DNA from: an uncultured cyanobacterium
GTDB taxonomy: Bacteria; Cyanobacteriota; Cyanobacteriia; Cyanobacteriales; Nostocaceae
NCBI GenBank assembly: GCA_963706595.1
Contig: OY970166.1
Location: 352,001 to 416,000 of the forward strand
Direction: 5' to 3'
Length of the DNA: 64,000 nucleotides
How positions within the stretch are numbered: the stretch's first letter is position 1; every line of letters begins with the position of its first letter. Below are positions 40,801 through 50,764 of this stretch, one piece after another. A program made the position numbers and the translations under genes. Under the pieces are notes generated by a model that worked only from the letters and a program-made list of their open reading frames with translations, had not been told where the DNA came from and did not search any database.

Positions 40801-43703
40801 CCAATCCGGCTGAGGCGTTCTTTGTAGACTACTCCAACAACCGCGACTTTAGTGAAGCTTCTGATTCAGGAATGGTTGGGGATTTGGGTGCTGAGGGTGT
40901 GATTTTTATTGATGCCGCAGATAGCCCTAATGGTGAACCTCTGCTAGTGGTGGGCAATGAAGTCAGTGGCACTACAACCCTGTTTGAAATTGCTCCTGCT
41001 CCCTTCACTCTGCAATTGTTCCATTTTGCTGACCAAGAAGCAGGTACTCCCGCTTTTGAAGACGCGCCTCGCTTCTCGGCGGTACTGAATGCCCTCAAAG
41101 CAGAGGATATTGATCAAGATGGTGTGTCTGGCTTCGACAATACCCTGATTCTTTCTTCTGGCGATGCTTACATTCCGGGTCTGTTTCTGAATGCTTCTGA
41201 ATCCGTTTATGGTGGTGTAGGCCGGGGTGATATTCTGATTCAGAATGCCTTGGGAGTACAGGCGATCGCCTTTGGAAACCACGAGTTTAACCTCGGTACG
41301 GCGGTGGTTAGAGATTTGATTGCTGGTGATGCAGCAGATAATTTCCCTGGAACTGCTTTCCCTTACCTGAGTTCTAACCTGGACTTCAGCACCGATAGTA
41401 ATTTGGCTGACTTAGTTGTTCCCGATGCCCAAGCTCCTGAACCTAACAGCATTGCCGCCAGCGTGGTGATTGATGTCAATGGCGAGAAGATTGGGGTTGT
41501 TGGTGCTACCACGCCAACTCTGCCCGTGATCTCTAGTCCGGGAGATGTCACTGTTAACCCAGAATCATTTAATGTCAATCCTACCTCTGCCCAACTCGAT
41601 GCCCTAGCAGCTGAGATTCAAGCTGATGTCGATGCCCTGTTAGCGGCTAACCCCGATGTTAATAAGGTGGTTGTACTGGCTCATATGCAGCAGTTAGCTA
41701 TTGAGCAGCAGTTGGCAACCCGGTTGAGCAATGTCGATATTATTGTGGCTGGTGGTTCCAACACCCGCTTAGTGGATGAAAGCGATCGCCTCCGGGCTGG
41801 GGATACAAATCAAGGAACCTATCCCATATTCACCACCGATGCTGATGGTAAACCAGTAGCGATTGTCAATACCGACGGTAACTACAAATACCTGGGTCGT
41901 TTAGTTATCGACTTTGATGACAACGGTGTAATTATCCCAGACAGCTATGACTCAGCCATTAGTGGGGCTTACGCTACCGATGCTCAGGGAGTGGCAGATT
42001 TGGGGGCTGAGGCTCTGGTTGATCCGCAAATTCAAGCCATTGTCGATAACCTGCGTGATGTGGTTGTGCAGCAGGAAAGCAATGTCTTCGGAATTAGCGA
42101 GGTATATTTGACTGGCGATCGCAACAGTGTACGACGGCAGGAAACCAACTTGGGCAACCTCACCGCCGATGCTAATTTGGCATTAGCCAAGGAAGTAGAA
42201 TCCGAAGTGGTGATTTCCTTGAAGAACGGCGGCGGTATTCGCAACAATATTGGTCGAGTAGTTGTACCTACAGGCAGCACCGGGGAATCTGAAACTCTAC
42301 CCAACGAAGCCGTAACAGATGCTGACGGTAATATTGTCAAGCCCGAAGGTGGCATTTCGGAAAACGATATCGCCAACGCCCTCAGTTTCAATAATGGCTT
42401 GACATTGGTAACTGTTACTGCTGAGGAACTCTTAGCTTTGGTAGAACACGCTGTAGCTTCTAGCACTTCAGATGATTCCGCAACTCCGGGAAGTTTCCCT
42501 CAAATTGCTGGCTTCTCCTTTAGCTTCGACCTCTCCCGTGAACCAGGTAATCGCGTTCTCTCTCTAGCCATTGAAGACGAAACAGGCAAAGACCTGGATG
42601 TAGTGGTGGAAGCAGGGGCAATCGTCGGCGACCCCAACCGCACCTTCCGCATGGTTACTCTTAACTTCCTAGCTGGCGGCGGTGACGGCTATCCTTTCCC
42701 TCAAGGCGAAAGTGCCAACCAAGTAGATTTAGCTCAAGCCATCGATGCCCCCCGCACGGGTAACGCGACCTTTGCTCCTGATGGCAGTGAGCAAGATGCT
42801 TTGGCAGAGTACCTATTCCAAAACTTCCTAGATACACCCTTTAGTGAAGCAGATACACCTCGTGAGCTTGATCAACGACTGCAAAATCTAGCCTTCCGAG
42901 CTGATACAGTTATCGATCCCCTCACAGTGTTTAGCGGCACTCCTGGTACTGATGACTTGATGTTAACCAGCGCCCAATCTGGATTCACAGTCTTTACAGG
43001 TGATGGCGATGACGATGTAGACGCAAGTCAGGCTTCTCCAGCGCAGATATACGGCGGTAGAGGCAACGATACAATCTTAGTCGGTAGCGAAACTTACGCC
43101 AGTGGTGGAGACGGTGATGATACTTTGCTCCTTGGCGCAGAAGGTGCAGCTGGTGGCAGTGTGTTAGATGGCGGTAAGGGTAATGATACTATTCGAGTCA
43201 TCGAAGCGGCTGAGTCTAACATCCTGCTAGGGGGTGCTGATAACGACAACCTACAGGTTGCTGAAGGCAGTGGACAAATGCTCTTTGGTGGTTCTGATAG
43301 TGATGTGTTGCGTTCTAGTCCCGACGGTAACAATCGCCTCTACGGTGGTTCTGGTGATGACACATTGTACTCCACAGTAGGCGATCGCCTGTTTGGTGGC
43401 GATGGCGATGATAGCCTCTACGCCGGACAAGGAGGTAACAATTTACTCTGGGGTGGTGCTGGCGCGGATAACTTCTGGCTAGTAGTTGGTGGTTCCTTAC
43501 CCGATGCTGCCAATGTCGTCAAGGATTTTGAAATCGGAATAGACCGCATCGGTATGAGTGGCATTACTTCTAACCAAGTAAGTTTCCTTGGTCAGAACGG
43601 CGATACCTTAATTCAAATTGGCGGTGCTGATGTCGCTCTACTCGAAGGAATCAGCCAGAACCAACTGAATATCAACGATTCTAATCAGTTCATCTTTGCT
43701 TAA
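37857..43703 (+). CDS. Large extracellular phosphatase: choice-of-anchor-I/alkaline-phosphatase-like + phytase-like + CHRD + 5'-nucleotidase + RTX repeats
   Basis: GALPDM, VTANEGD, RSDNKGPEPEG; DEYRP, NRGFEG, NDNDF; HLH...YFNVHT...GEIRGQL; HFADQE, SSGD, GNHEF, NGGGIR, GGDGY; GGxGxD repeats. Confidence 0.88.
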   Translation: MSKIQLNPIGTYETGIFDASAAEIVVHDPQTQRLFVVNASTPAVDVLDISDPTNPTKLFSLDPSAYGATANSVAVLNGIVAVAIDNVVATDPGSVVFFDTDGNFLNAVTVGALPDMLLFTPDGSKILVGNEGEPNSAYTIDPEGSVSIIDISGGVANLTQANVSTADFRGFNDQKEALIASGVRIFGDNATVAQDVEPEYIVVSSDSRTAYVALQENNAIAVVDIESGTVTDILPLGYKSHGVELFTFDRTTLPAFDGTTSVEPAISGEILLGGLSGMFFERITDSGNLQFIGVPDRNPSSTRDTTGDGSNDARVFPFADAPTEIVRFELDRNTRQITVTERVQLFREDGTTPVTRLPNIQGDDDGLTPIAPDGTVLDFDPYGADFEGVLRTEDGSYWLVDEYRPAIYHFNAQGILVNRFVAEGTAASAGQPVGTFGSEVLPPEYALSRDNRGFEGLAYQDGKVFAFVQSPLNNPSSRNSEVIRIVELDVATSTATGEYLYVLEGGDSDKIGDAVSLGAGTGEFLVIERDSIAGRDSIKNVFRINLAEATNLMTVDADTLPAGATFDSLSARELRALGINPVGKTLEVDLAKIGYDFVDKPEGLALIDANTIAVLNDNDFEAGPLALGLIDLRSLNNPLDVSDRDGAINLTNYPNLYGTYHPDGIAITEINGQTYIVTANEGDARDYDGFSEEARVKDLILDRDAFPHARELQADENLGRLTVTTANGMSDGVFFKSNLTGAQEAVPVTTEASGSAVLKLNEDRTALSYELTVEGLDFGSILGLSPQTPDTADDVTMLHLHEAAAGANGPVVFGILSPDQDPELSFTTNQDGSTTLKGIWRESDPANKSLSEFIPTLVDASIDDQVNLYFNVHTEGNPGGEIRGQLTSTLAYNELYAFGGRSFAIWDTQGNLVYDSGSDFERITAVQFPDNFNSDHSETNFDNRSDNKGPEPEGVAIGEIDGRTYAFVGLERLGGVMTYDITNPAEAFFVDYSNNRDFSEASDSGMVGDLGAEGVIFIDAADSPNGEPLLVVGNEVSGTTTLFEIAPAPFTLQLFHFADQEAGTPAFEDAPRFSAVLNALKAEDIDQDGVSGFDNTLILSSGDAYIPGLFLNASESVYGGVGRGDILIQNALGVQAIAFGNHEFNLGTAVVRDLIAGDAADNFPGTAFPYLSSNLDFSTDSNLADLVVPDAQAPEPNSIAASVVIDVNGEKIGVVGATTPTLPVISSPGDVTVNPESFNVNPTSAQLDALAAEIQADVDALLAANPDVNKVVVLAHMQQLAIEQQLATRLSNVDIIVAGGSNTRLVDESDRLRAGDTNQGTYPIFTTDADGKPVAIVNTDGNYKYLGRLVIDFDDNGVIIPDSYDSAISGAYATDAQGVADLGAEALVDPQIQAIVDNLRDVVVQQESNVFGISEVYLTGDRNSVRRQETNLGNLTADANLALAKEVESEVVISLKNGGGIRNNIGRVVVPTGSTGESETLPNEAVTDADGNIVKPEGGISENDIANALSFNNGLTLVTVTAEELLALVEHAVASSTSDDSATPGSFPQIAGFSFSFDLSREPGNRVLSLAIEDETGKDLDVVVEAGAIVGDPNRTFRMVTLNFLAGGGDGYPFPQGESANQVDLAQAIDAPRTGNATFAPDGSEQDALAEYLFQNFLDTPFSEADTPRELDQRLQNLAFRADTVIDPLTVFSGTPGTDDLMLTSAQSGFTVFTGDGDDDVDASQASPAQIYGGRGNDTILVGSETYASGGDGDDTLLLGAEGAAGGSVLDGGKGNDTIRVIEAAESNILLGGADNDNLQVAEGSGQMLFGGSDSDVLRSSPDGNNRLYGGSGDDTLYSTVGDRLFGGDGDDSLYAGQGGNNLLWGGAGADNFWLVVGGSLPDAANVVKDFEIGIDRIGMSGITSNQVSFLGQNGDTLIQIGGADVALLEGISQNQLNINDSNQFIFA

Positions 43704-43765
43704 GCGTTAGACAGATAGCTGTGGAAGTTCAGCCAATCAAGCTGGACTTCTCCTACCGAGTAATT

Positions 43766-44236
43766 GTGCTGATAATGACAACCTCCAGGTTGCTGAAGGA
43801 CGTGGGCAAATGCTCTTTGCTGGTTCAAGTAGTGATGTACTGCGTTCTAGCCCCGACGGTCATAATCGCCTCTACGGTGGCTCTGGTGATCACCAATTGT
43901 ACTCCAAAGTAGGCGATCGCCTACTTTGGTGGTGATGGCAATGATAGCCTCTACGCCGGACAAGGCGGTAACAATTTACTTTGGGGTGGTGCAGGCGCAG
44001 ATAATTTCTGGTTAGTAGATGCTGGTTCAACACCAGATGCTGCCAATGTAGTCAAGGATTTTGAAATAGGAATAGACCGCATCGATATGAGTGGCATTAC
44101 TTCTAACCAAGTTAATTTACTTGCTCAAAACGGCGATACCTTAATTCAAATTGGTGGTGCTGATGTCGCTCTACTCGAAGGCGTGAACCAAACTCAGCTT
44201 GATCTCAATAATGAGCAGCAGTTTGTCTTTATCTAA
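43766..44236 (+). pseudogene. Diverged, frameshifted duplicate of the RTX C-terminus of the preceding gene
   Basis: Aligns to 43234-43703; extra base at CTACTTTGGT (~43923); no start codon. Confidence 0.85.
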
Positions 44237-44370
44237 CAAGTTTTAGGAAACAGCAGCCAACAAACAGCACTTCTAAGCACAGTCAGTCAACAAATATTTA
44301 ACCTCACCCATATTTTCTCTACTCCTGGGAAAACAGCTACTTCCCGAACACAGGTTTGCATTTCCAAACC

Positions 44371-46863
44371 ATGCAACTGAACTTGAATTTTTCAGGTAAT
44401 TACAAATCACAAGCGACTGAAATGAATCTAATAAATACAGAAGCAGAAAACATCCTCAAGACAATAGAAGCTCAAGCTATTCAAGAAGCCGCAGAAGGTA
44501 TAGTCAATGAGTCCAGAATATTTGGTACTGATGGTGAAGATGAAATATTAGCTCCCAGCACAGGAGATATTCAAGTATTTGGCTTGGCTGGTAATGACAT
44601 TCTCGACGCTACAACCTCCCAAGGAGAGGTGATGTTATTTGGGGGACTAAATAATGACACGCTGATTGGTGATCATAACCATACGCTCTACGGTGGTGAA
44701 GGGGATGATAGGTTATTGGCCGCAGGTAGTATTGGCCGAAATAAATTATACGGTGGTGCTGATAATGATACTCTGATTGTGGTTGAAGGCAGCCATAATG
44801 AGCTTTACGGCGGAGACGGTAACGATAGGCTGACTATCTCAGATGGCGGTGGATTCAATCGTCTGTACGGGGACGAGGGGAACGATGTTCTTGATGCCTC
44901 TAGCGGTACTGGGAATAATCAACTGTTTGGCGGATCTGGTCATAACCGCTTGATTGCAGGCGCAGCAACCGATGAACTGTTTGGTGGTGAAGGAGATGAT
45001 CAGCTATTTGCGGCTAACGGTGGTATTCTCACCGGGGGCGGGGGAGAGAATACTTTTTACCTCGCCAATGCCTCAATTCCCACTGAATATGCTGTAATTA
45101 CAGATTTTAAACCAGGAAGCGATAGCGAAGCGCTGCGAAGCGATCGCCTTGTGGTTGCTGGTCTACCCGATCTCACCGGGGTAAAGGTGGTATTGGAAGA
45201 TGCAGACACCCTTGTAATTGGTCTGTTGTCTGACAGAGAAGTACCCTTAGCCCGGCTCGTAGGTATCCAGCCGAATGCCTTGGTAGCAGGTCGTGATATC
45301 TTTTCTCAGCAGCAGGACGGTCCTCTAGTACCTGTCAATATTCTGATACCTGACCCAATAGACCCTGACCCGGTAGACCCTGACCCAGTAGACCCTGACC
45401 CAGTAGACCCCGACCCAGTAGACCCCGACCCAGTAGACCCAGTTGAACCTAACTCCATTAACCTGCTCCCCGGTGATTTTGAAATTACCGAGATTGCTTT
45501 CATTGATATTCTCAATGATACCAATCTTCTAGAGAGATTCACACAGGACATTCCAGATAGTGAGTTATATACACAACTGTTGTCATTCACCATTGCCCCC
45601 ACTCCTGGCTCTGATCCAGACATCTTCTCTGGTAAAATTCAGAGGGCAGAACTGATCTTTAATGAAAGACCGTCAAACGCTCCCGACTACAACGCCTTGG
45701 TGAAGCTGATTGACGGTCAGTTATTCCTCTCTGACTTCAATCCCAACGCTGGCTTAGGTACAGTCCTGCGAGACCGGGATGGTAATGGTAGTTTTGATGG
45801 GGCGACACTGTTCTTAAAAGACAATGCCCAAGGAGATTTAAATCCAACTCTTGAGTTGATCAGTGACCTTGGTGTGCCAGTGGTAATCAGGGTTAATCAA
45901 AATAGTCCCCTAACGGTGACTATCACAAACGGTCAAAGCGACCCATTAACAGCAATCTTTGGTACTACCTTTAAATTTTCTGTAGAAGGCTCAACTGCTT
46001 CCTCTCAGGTGCTGGAGGCGATTTTCCGAGATGGTACAACTCAAACGCTTCTCACCACTTTAGGCGATGCTTCTGGTCTACCTACCAATATCAACGAAAT
46101 CCTGACTAATCTCCAGTCATCCCTGGGTACTAAGGACAGCGACGGCAGAACGGTGCGGTTTCAACTGCGGGAGATTGGAACTAATGCCATTACCGAGTTA
46201 ACTATTGGAGACGTTACTCCCAGTAGCTTTGGGCTATCAGGTGGTGAGTTCAACATTGGGGCAGAGATTATTGGCGCAACTGACGTTGAAATTTATACCC
46301 AAGAACTTGAAGTGAATGGTGAAGGCTTTCAAGCCATTAGCCTGAGAGACCTCACTCCTATTGCTGCTCCTGGGGACGACACAATCACTATTCAGGTCGA
46401 AGCTACCCTGCACCGGGAAGCGGACTTTAATAATCTGGTGGGTTTTTACTTAGCCCAAAGAACTACAGGCGCAGTGGTCGATCCCCTGACGGGTCTCAGT
46501 GTAGCTGACCTTGGTAATGGTCAGGAATATCTCAGCGCGGTACGTGACAACTCGGTGCTGACTGGTAGGGTTGCTAATAACCAAACCGGGGCGCTTGCTA
46601 ACAATGGTAGATTTGAAATGCTTACCAGTATTGACCTATCTGCTCATGTCCTGCTACCCTTCTTGGTGGCAAATGGCGATATCAACTCAATAAAATCTGA
46701 CTTTAGTAACCTCTATGTAGCCAGTATCGGTACTAACTTTGACCGCAGCAACCATGTACAATTGCTGGGGAACAACATCTTCGGCTTTGAGGATTTATTC
46801 GGGGGTGGTGACCAGGACTTTGATGACATGATTGTTGAGGTAAAAGGACTAAGCTTGGTATGA
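44371..46863 (+). CDS. RTX Ca-binding protein with PDPVD repeats and C-terminal DUF4114-like domain; start uncertain
   Basis: LYGGxGxD repeats; READFNNLVGFY...FGFEDLFGGGDQDFDDMIV. Confidence 0.82.
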   Translation: MQLNLNFSGNYKSQATEMNLINTEAENILKTIEAQAIQEAAEGIVNESRIFGTDGEDEILAPSTGDIQVFGLAGNDILDATTSQGEVMLFGGLNNDTLIGDHNHTLYGGEGDDRLLAAGSIGRNKLYGGADNDTLIVVEGSHNELYGGDGNDRLTISDGGGFNRLYGDEGNDVLDASSGTGNNQLFGGSGHNRLIAGAATDELFGGEGDDQLFAANGGILTGGGGENTFYLANASIPTEYAVITDFKPGSDSEALRSDRLVVAGLPDLTGVKVVLEDADTLVIGLLSDREVPLARLVGIQPNALVAGRDIFSQQQDGPLVPVNILIPDPIDPDPVDPDPVDPDPVDPDPVDPDPVDPVEPNSINLLPGDFEITEIAFIDILNDTNLLERFTQDIPDSELYTQLLSFTIAPTPGSDPDIFSGKIQRAELIFNERPSNAPDYNALVKLIDGQLFLSDFNPNAGLGTVLRDRDGNGSFDGATLFLKDNAQGDLNPTLELISDLGVPVVIRVNQNSPLTVTITNGQSDPLTAIFGTTFKFSVEGSTASSQVLEAIFRDGTTQTLLTTLGDASGLPTNINEILTNLQSSLGTKDSDGRTVRFQLREIGTNAITELTIGDVTPSSFGLSGGEFNIGAEIIGATDVEIYTQELEVNGEGFQAISLRDLTPIAAPGDDTITIQVEATLHREADFNNLVGFYLAQRTTGAVVDPLTGLSVADLGNGQEYLSAVRDNSVLTGRVANNQTGALANNGRFEMLTSIDLSAHVLLPFLVANGDINSIKSDFSNLYVASIGTNFDRSNHVQLLGNNIFGFEDLFGGGDQDFDDMIVEVKGLSLV
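45349..45441 (+). repeat. 15-bp coding tandem repeat (PDPVD)x6
   Basis: CC(T/C)GACCC(A/G)(G/A)TAGAC units. Confidence 0.92.
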
Positions 46864-47316
46864 CCTGAAGAGGCAGGGGAGCAGGGAGCAGGGAGAAGGA
46901 TTTTTAATTCCCCAGCCAACAGGGATACAAGCCCCTGCATTTATGTATGCCAAACATAAAAATATTTATTATGCCTACGGCACGCTGCGCGAACGAGACA
47001 CGCAAGTGCGAAAAATAATGCGTCCTTTTCCCAAGCCCCTGTATTTACGCATGGGGTTCTCCCCCCTGCACCCCGCCCCCTGCCCCTTGTCCTCTTGCTT
47101 GACCTGATGCAATGATGGATACTCAGGAACCCTAGTGATAGAGATCATCTGTTGCGCCTACAATTTGCAGACAATAGATAGCTACGTTAATGCTCCAGGT
47201 GAACCATGCGATCGCCTGGAGTATTGTTATAATGTCAGTCATGACTAATCACAAAGAACTGATATTGTCAACTTTATATTTAACTCAAAGCCTGAACAGA
47301 CTTTATGGTAACAATT

Positions 47317-47550
47317 ATGTTGCAATCAATTGAAGGGGTTTATAAACAAGGTAAAGTAGAACTTACGGAATTACCGTCGGGTATTTCAGAAAGTCGTGTG
47401 ATTGTCACTTTTTTAGAGTCTAAAAAAAATCCCGTCAAAAAGCAAATAATGCAATTTGGGCTATTTTCTGGAAATCAACAGTCAACGGAAGCAGATTTTG
47501 AAATTGTTGAATTTCATGGAGATAGCGAAGACAATTTAGATTGGTCATAA
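47317..47550 (+). CDS. Putative antitoxin (DUF104-like)
   Basis: MLQSIEGVYKQGKVEL...SRVIVTFL, directly upstream of a PIN gene. Confidence 0.7.
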   Translation: MLQSIEGVYKQGKVELTELPSGISESRVIVTFLESKKNPVKKQIMQFGLFSGNQQSTEADFEIVEFHGDSEDNLDWS

Positions 47551-47556
47551 GTAATT

Positions 47557-47955
47557 GTGAAATACGTCATAGATACTCATGCTCTAATCTGGTTTCTCGA
47601 AGGTAATTTACGGTTAGGTGCAAAGGCTAAAGTTATCCTTTCGCAACCTGATGCTCAATTAGTTATTCCTGCAACTACCTTAGCCGAAGCTGTTTGGATT
47701 GTGGAAAGAGGTAAAACATCTATTCCTGATCCTAAAGATGTCATTTCAGTAGTAGAAACTGACCCCCGTGTGGTAATTTATCCACTTGATAAAGAGGTCA
47801 TTCAAATGACTATGAGCTTATCTGTGATTAATGAAATGCACTATAGGCAAATTGTAGCAACTGCGCTAGTTTTAGCCAGTAAAGGTGAAGTTGTGCAGTT
47901 ATTGACCTGTGACCAAAATATAACTGCGTCGGGCTTAATTGCTATTGTTTGGTAA
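47557..47955 (+). CDS. PIN-domain (VapC-like) toxin
   Basis: YVIDTHALIWFL, LAE, LLTCD; third acidic position appears to be Tyr (MHYR). Confidence 0.85.
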   Translation: MKYVIDTHALIWFLEGNLRLGAKAKVILSQPDAQLVIPATTLAEAVWIVERGKTSIPDPKDVISVVETDPRVVIYPLDKEVIQMTMSLSVINEMHYRQIVATALVLASKGEVVQLLTCDQNITASGLIAIVW

Positions 47956-48081
47956 TTCGTAGATGAAGGCGATCGCACTCCATTATTCTCATCTCCTACT
48001 CTCTGCGCCTGGTGCGCCTGGTGCGTGATACAAATTCATACTTGTAATCAGCAAAGGCTAAACTTTCAAAAACATGATCCG

Positions 48082-48921
48082 CTAAAATCCAAAAGCTAAA
48101 GTATCCAACATATATTTACTTTTTTCCCGTCCAACCTCTAGATAAATCTCTAGCAGTTCTTCATAAGCAGTAGTTCCTCCTACAACACTCCAAAAGTCAT
48201 TTCCGATAACTACAGCTTCATCAAAAGGTAAATAACTTTTTGCTTGCGTCCATTTATAATCAGATTTATTTACACCATAAGGATTATACGGCATTGCATA
48301 GTAAGCTTGTACTTGAGGACGGTTGACTCCGCGCAGTAGATGAAATCTCAATAAACGTTGGAGAACTTCTAAACATTGTCCTTTGTTGGGTTTAGGAGCT
48401 TTAATTTCAAAGAAAAATTCTGTCCCATCTTTTGCAAGAATATAAAGGTCTACGCGAACAATCTTTGTTTCTAAATCATCACTGCGACGAGCATTAAGCA
48501 CTGCTGTAATCATCTGCTCAAAAGATGGTTTTCCTTGCTCCCTTTTTGCAGCAGATTCATAATTTTGTTTTTGCAGTTCAGCTTCTGCAAAAGCTGCAAT
48601 ACTTACTTCAGTTTTAATATCATAACCTCGACGTACATCTTGATGATGTTCGAGAGCGATTAAGCGAGCGCATTCTTCAAAAGAATTACCTAACTTTGTA
48701 CTCAGCCCTCTTTCAAATTGATTTATCCGGATTAATTCTGGGGGAATAAGTGCAGCTTGAAATGGCTTTAATTCTCCATTAGATGAGTGTCTTGATAAAT
48801 ACTCTGTTGCTGTGGTAGGTTTTAAAATATTACGTCCTTTATATTCATCTATAAGACCTTGAATAAAACCCTCTAAATAACCTTTAATTGCTGCACGAGT
48901 ATTTGCACTAATAGCTACCAT
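48082..48921 (-). CDS. Type II restriction endonuclease, TdeIII-like
   Basis: FERGLSTKLGNSFE, VDLY...FEIKAPKPN PD-(D/E)xK, YAMPYNPYG, FW; adjacent C5 methylase. Confidence 0.8.
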   Translation of the reverse strand: MVAISANTRAAIKGYLEGFIQGLIDEYKGRNILKPTTATEYLSRHSSNGELKPFQAALIPPELIRINQFERGLSTKLGNSFEECARLIALEHHQDVRRGYDIKTEVSIAAFAEAELQKQNYESAAKREQGKPSFEQMITAVLNARRSDDLETKIVRVDLYILAKDGTEFFFEIKAPKPNKGQCLEVLQRLLRFHLLRGVNRPQVQAYYAMPYNPYGVNKSDYKWTQAKSYLPFDEAVVIGNDFWSVVGGTTAYEELLEIYLEVGREKSKYMLDTLAFGF

Positions 48922-48935
48922 ATTTAAAATTAAAC

Positions 48936-50322
48936 CTATAAAATGATTTTTAACAAAGCATTTGCTAAATGATAGACTACAGGAACTGAAACAGCATTCC
49001 CAAACTGATGCTTGGCTGTAGTTTCATTCTCTGCAATTTGGAAACTTTCTGGAAATCCTTGCAATCTGGCGTAATCTTGTGCAGTTAAAGGTTTATATTT
49101 ATTCTGGTTATAAATTTGTTGAATAAATTTTTGCTTATACACTTCTGGTTGTTCACATTCTATAGATATAGTAGCTACATAATCTCTGGTTCCAGTTGCG
49201 GTTAAAGTTGCAATTGCATCAGCATGAGGTAGAAATATTTTAGAAATCCCGTTAATTCCTGAAGAAATTTTAGAATTTACAAATTCATAACCTTTCTCTT
49301 CTACAAGGCGCAGAATTTTTTTGTCCACTAAAGTATTGATTTCTTCTATCTCTAAACTAGGAATCAAAGATTTTAAAATTTCAAATCTTAAAGGATTACC
49401 ATCTTTTTCCCCATAAATTTTCTTTCTCCTATTTTTTAAGATAGTTTGGCAAATTAGCTTTTCTCTAGGATTGGTTTCTATTAATTCCCAAGAATGGATT
49501 GTAGTATGTCCATCTCTAATATCAGCAAAAGTAAAAAAATCGTTTAATTCGTCTATTTTTTGAAATCTTCCTCTAGAAGCAGGAATTTTACCATCAGTAA
49601 ATAAGATTTCTGGAGAAAATTTCTTTTTAGGTAAATTACTCTGTTGAATTCCAGGAATGAGAATCATAAAGCTTGAGACGTTGATTTAATGCTTTAGGAA
49701 ACGTAAACCCCCAACAATTCGCAATGTCATTTCTAATTCCCACAATAAATACTCTGTCTCTATCTTGAGGTAAACCAAAATCGTAGGAGTTTAGTACCTG
49801 ATATTTAACTACATAGTCAGATGATGTTAAGTTATTAAGTATGTATTCTAAACTTACTCTATTTCTTGGCTCAGTTAAACCTTTGACATTCTCAAATATA
49901 AATGCTTTGGGTTTATTTAGTTGTACAATTCTAAAAACATCAAGCCATAGTTGACCTCTGGGGTCTTGTAAACCTTGCATTTTACCCGCTATAGACCAAG
50001 GTTGACAAGGAACACCACCGACTATCATATCTATTTCAAAAGGCAGTTGATGTAAATTAGTAATATCTCCTAAATAGGCTTCTTCGGCATTGATACCACG
50101 AATAAAGTTTTTTTGATAAACTTTAATAGCTTCTTTATTAATTTCTGAATATCCTAAACAATTTCCGCCTAATTCTTCCAGGGGAATTCTAAAACCACCT
50201 ATACCAGAGAATAGGTCTACAAATGTAAATTTTGTTGTGCATTTGACGGTGTTGGTAGGTTGGAATAATTGAAATAATTCTAGTTGTTGTCCATAAATAC
50301 CTGTTTGCATTGGCGTGGTCAA
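48936..50322 (-). pseudogene. DNA (cytosine-5) methyltransferase split by a +1 frameshift near 49662
   Basis: DLFSGIGG, PCQ, ENV, QDRDR in ORF1; ARLQGF, FGNAV in ORF2. Confidence 0.88.
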
Positions 50323-50518
50323 ATAGAAAATTTAACAAATATATTCTAATTTTAGTATAAACCCTGTTAGCACATTCCCATCGGACATTGCCAAAGCGAT
50401 CGCCTCTGGTATGCTTGGCTAATGCACTCTTTGCAAATTTGCCAAAAGCGTAGATACTCACAGGATGATAGTCTGTGTATATTTAAATTAGGGTAACAGC
50501 AATATAAACAGAAAATGT

Positions 50519-50740
50519 ATGTCTAATTATCAAGATGTGCTTGAGCAAGCTAAAAGCCTTACTCCTGAAGAACAACTAAAGCTAGTTGAAGATTTATCAA
50601 GTTCAATTCGTCAACTGGTGACGATGACACCTAAGCCAAAACGCAGCATTCTAGAGTTACGTGGTTTGGGTAAAGACATCTGGAGTGGAATTGACGCTCA
50701 GGAATATGTCAATCAGGAACGTGATTCATGGAATGGTTAA
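50519..50740 (+). CDS. Small antitoxin-like protein; partner toxin apparently truncated
   Basis: SLTPEEQLKL...RSILELRGLG..IW..IDAQEYVNQERDSW; overlapping MEWLNDIK* stub at 50728-50754. Confidence 0.65.
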   Translation: MSNYQDVLEQAKSLTPEEQLKLVEDLSSSIRQLVTMTPKPKRSILELRGLGKDIWSGIDAQEYVNQERDSWNG

Positions 50741-50764
50741 ATGATATTAAATAAATAATAGATA

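Noticed and set aside
38051..43333. Numerous antisense ORFs within the phosphatase (likewise within chlH, coxA and the ATPase)
   Set aside because: Typical reverse-frame shadows of long genes with no independent motifs
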